Made by a program: the position numbers and the translations under genes. Source: an uncultured bacterium (GTDB lineage Bacteria > Chlamydiota > Chlamydiia > Chlamydiales > Parachlamydiaceae). From it: a stretch of DNA of 64,000 nucleotides. Below are positions 61,831-64,000 of this stretch, piece by piece. Numbering within the stretch: position 1 is the first letter of the stretch; each line of letters begins with the position of its first letter. The notes under the pieces were generated by a model. It made no database searches, had not been told where the DNA came from, and saw nothing but the letters and a program-made list of their open reading frames with translations. The stretch spans positions 6,716 to 70,715 of the forward strand of contig CAYMKI010000002.1 in assembly GCA_964390695.1 (NCBI GenBank), given 5' to 3'.

Positions 61831-61857
61831 TTGCACATTTCCATTATATTTGTGCAA
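61831..61857 (+). promoter_or_regulatory. operator/promoter C: TTGCAC-N15-GTGCAA in the switch region, upstream of the integrase operon
   Basis: TTGCACATTTCCATTATATTTGTGCAA. It contains TATATTTG (an exact TAnnTTTG) and is followed by the TTAACCAAAA leader and an ATG at 61875. Confidence 0.7.
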
Positions 61858-61874
61858 CAATTAACCAAAACTGT

Positions 61875-62069
61875 ATGAAGTACCACATAGAATTTACTAG
61901 TATAGCCGAAAAAGGACAGCATGGAATTCACCCCTCCACTAAGTCCGGATCAACGTCTGCGGAATCCCAGACTATATTAGGAGCAATCCAAGGGTTTCTC
62001 AACAAGAAGGAAGAGGAAGGAGTCAAAATCATCAAACTTAAAGTCCAAGAAGATGCCCTTAATAGCTGA
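61875..62069 (+). CDS. hypothetical protein
   Basis: 64-aa ORF after promoter C. Confidence 0.5.
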   Translation: MKYHIEFTSIAEKGQHGIHPSTKSGSTSAESQTILGAIQGFLNKKEEEGVKIIKLKVQEDALNS

Positions 62070-62247
62070 GTCCGACTATTTCGCCATCTGGTGCATGAAC
62101 TTTGAAGGGCAGCTAAGAAAGCTCTACAACAATGCCACCGTAATAGATGAAGGTGAGGCTTATCGGTTTACGGTTATGCCGTTCACGGACTTTTGCTTAA
62201 TGGTGTATGAGAACAATCCGGAAGTTATAGACGAATCTCAAAACTAA
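62053..62247 (+). CDS. hypothetical protein
   Basis: 64-aa ORF. Confidence 0.45.
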   Translation: MPLIAESDYFAIWCMNFEGQLRKLYNNATVIDEGEAYRFTVMPFTDFCLMVYENNPEVIDESQN

Positions 62248-62257
62248 ATAAAAAATT

Positions 62258-62422
62258 ATGGCTAAATTAAATGAATTAGTAGGTAAAACTCTTACCGAAA
62301 TCAAAAACAACGATGATGAATTAATATTTATCGCAAATGATGGCTCCTCTTTTAAAATGTATCACTCGCAAGATAAAGTACGAGATTCAAGCTCACTTCA
62401 AAGTGAAGAAACAGTTTCGTAA
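62258..62422 (+). CDS. 54-aa ORF, possibly a truncated gene (below the ORF-track cutoff)
   Basis: Hand-translated MAKLNELVGKTLTEIKNNDDELIFIANDGSSFKMYHSQDKVRDSSSLQSEETVS. Confidence 0.35.
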   Translation: MAKLNELVGKTLTEIKNNDDELIFIANDGSSFKMYHSQDKVRDSSSLQSEETVS

Positions 62423-62476
62423 GAAAGACTTCGTTCAGAAGGCCAATGAGCGCATCAAAACTTTAAAAAGCTGGTT

Positions 62477-62602
62477 ATGAGAATACATTGGATTGACCAG
62501 ATTAATCACATTAAGTGGTTTCTTATTTTTCTGCTGGCCGCGTTGTGTGTTTCTGTGATTCTGTTTGCTGGGATTGTGTATGTTTTTTGTCAATTAGACT
62601 AA
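62477..62602 (+). CDS. 41-aa single-TM mini-protein (below the ORF-track cutoff)
   Basis: Hand-translated MRIHWIDQINHIKWFLIFLLAALCVSVILFAGIVYVFCQLD. Confidence 0.4.
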   Translation: MRIHWIDQINHIKWFLIFLLAALCVSVILFAGIVYVFCQLD

Positions 62603-62609
62603 TAAATTT

Positions 62610-63701
62610 ATGACCCCCAGAGTAACCTTCCGATCCATTAAGGATCATCTGAAAATACGAATCAAGATCCACGGACAGAAGCCCAGTTCCTACGACACTG
62701 GTATTTTCTGCCCTGCCGACAAGTTCGATGCTAAAAAGCAAATATCCGGCTATCCTCAAGTCCAGACCTACATGCAGTCAACAACTGAGGCTATCCGCAA
62801 GATGTTCATGCCAGGCGCTACGGCTGAATCCCTCTGGACTGAGCTTCTAAAACGCCAATCTATTGCCAATGGCTCACACAAAATTTCAGACGCATTCGAA
62901 TACTACCTGCGGACTGCTGACGTAACAGAGTCAACGAAAACAGGTATTCGCACCCTGCAATCCAAACTTGAGTTATCTGGGCTCTACCAACTCCCCATTA
63001 AGGATTTGACCGGAGCCAAAGTGCGCGAGTTCTTAACAGCATTGAACCTGAAAGAATCAACCACTTACAAAAACAATTCAAAGCTCAATACCATTCTGAA
63101 GAGATACTTGTCCGATCAGGGACTTGACATTAAAGTACCCAAGGCCGTGAGCAAGAAGCCCAAAGTATCAGATGAGGCCGAATACCTTATCTGGAATGAA
63201 CTCAAAGACCTACTTGCCAAAGAAGTAGAAGACGAAAGCGATAGCCGAGGTAAGGATCTGTGGTGTCTAATGGCTCTCACTGGACTTTCTGTTTCTGATC
63301 TTCTCAAGTTTGACCCCAAAAAGAACATCTCCGAGGATGGAAAGTGGGTGCACTACAACCGGAAGAAAACAGATAGCAAATGCACCATCCCTCTTCTGCC
63401 CATGGCAAAAGAAATAATCGAGCGCCATGACTGGCCGGCAAAGGTTTCTGTTCGCTGGCTGCAATACAAATCTACTGGCATTGTGAGTGAACTTGTTGGC
63501 CGAAAGATGAAATCCCACTCGGCAAGGAAGACATTTGGAACGGTGGCATTGGAATGGGGATACAGTTTAGATGCTGTCTCTAAGTTCTTAGGACACGCAA
63601 ATCCGATCATAACGGCCAACGTGTACGCCAAGGTCACACAGGCCAAGATTGAGCGCGAGATGAACGCTATCCCGGATAAAATAAAAGCAATGATGATATG
63701 A
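62610..63701 (+). CDS. int: tyrosine recombinase / phage integrase
   Basis: 363 aa; ...MKSHSARKTFGT (HxxR) ... LGHANPIITANVYAKV (catalytic Tyr); Bacteroidota-type N-terminal domain. Confidence 0.9.
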   Translation: MTPRVTFRSIKDHLKIRIKIHGQKPSSYDTGIFCPADKFDAKKQISGYPQVQTYMQSTTEAIRKMFMPGATAESLWTELLKRQSIANGSHKISDAFEYYLRTADVTESTKTGIRTLQSKLELSGLYQLPIKDLTGAKVREFLTALNLKESTTYKNNSKLNTILKRYLSDQGLDIKVPKAVSKKPKVSDEAEYLIWNELKDLLAKEVEDESDSRGKDLWCLMALTGLSVSDLLKFDPKKNISEDGKWVHYNRKKTDSKCTIPLLPMAKEIIERHDWPAKVSVRWLQYKSTGIVSELVGRKMKSHSARKTFGTVALEWGYSLDAVSKFLGHANPIITANVYAKVTQAKIEREMNAIPDKIKAMMI

Positions 63702-63892
63702 AGCAGATAATATTAGACCACATTAGCGACTTATGTTCTAACTTTCTGTACTACGATAGAAAGGAAAGTGAAAACCTAAGCATGGAGCAACTTAACGCAG
63801 CCGTTAAGAATGGCGAAATAACTATTGACGAAATGGTTGCTGAATTTAGAAAGCACCTTGAAAACACTTTTAACGACAATGAAATTAATTAA
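63698..63892 (+). CDS. hypothetical protein
   Basis: 64-aa ORF with an ATGA overlap to the int stop. Confidence 0.5.
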   Translation: MKQIILDHISDLCSNFLYYDRKESENLSMEQLNAAVKNGEITIDEMVAEFRKHLENTFNDNEIN

Positions 63893-63901
63893 CCAAACTG
63901 T

Positions 63902-64000
63902 ATGAAAAACAAAAAACAAATCACAGAATTTTGCACTAAAGCAAACATCAACACTGAACAATTTTTTGGTAGAGAACCAATCACCGGATCCCTCTACTTG
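63902..64000 (+). CDS. hypothetical protein, partial (runs off the right edge)
   Basis: TTAACCAAACTGTATG start context. MKNKKQITEFCTKANINTEQFFGREPITGSLYL..., open to the window end. Confidence 0.45.
   Translation, partial: MKNKKQITEFCTKANINTEQFFGREPITGSLYL

Overview
The window is almost entirely a densely packed, AT-rich genome segment of a temperate tailed phage or prophage. The host is probably a Bacteroidota (Flavobacteriia-like) bacterium. That is an inference from TAnnTTTG-type -7 promoter boxes, the absence of Shine-Dalgarno sequences, Bacteroidota-style signal peptides and a DUF3127-type SSB. Layout: (1) 1-35.8 kb, minus strand, holds the virion, lysis and packaging genes. It runs from small and large terminase and portal, through an insulated glycosyltransferase-methyltransferase cassette, scaffold and capsid, then tail-fibre-like proteins and an SGNH esterase. 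A lysis cassette (GH19 endolysin plus small membrane proteins) follows, then large structural proteins. It ends in a giant open-ended ORF of at least 1883 codons (1..5649) that the ORF track omits because it has no stop in the window. That ORF has ParB-like, kinase-like and HExxH modules. (2) 36-52.7 kb, minus strand, holds replication, recombination and host-interaction genes: a C5-MTase, DnaB, a DUF1376 protein, a DUF2829 (Tad2-family) protein, an ASCH protein, a NinG-like protein, SSB, a minimal Pol X, an HD alarmone-hydrolase-like protein and an N6/N4-MTase. (3) 52.7-53.8 kb is a 1.1 kb non-coding control region with phased short repeats. (4) 53.8-57.2 kb is a rightward block of small genes. 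(5) 57.4-61.8 kb is a leftward block of small, Cys-rich genes ending at an HTH regulator. (6) 61.8-64 kb has a genetic switch and a rightward operon containing a tyrosine integrase. Three free-standing HNH/NUMOD4 endonucleases are scattered through the window. The most unusual observations are listed here. Two stop-free, fully overlapping frames of about 330 codons occupy the C5-MTase locus, and both carry family-like motifs. One TTGCA half-site appears in two spacing classes, one on all three rightward promoters and one on late promoters. A promoter-to-terminator GC-rich non-coding unit lies at 47.3-47.6 kb. Two perfect or near-perfect inverted repeats are interleaved at 42.1 kb. A TAACC leader motif is conserved. 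Two loci show broken or start-less frames at poly-A tracts. No rRNA, tRNA or CRISPR array was seen. All functional calls come from motif recognition by eye, with no database search.
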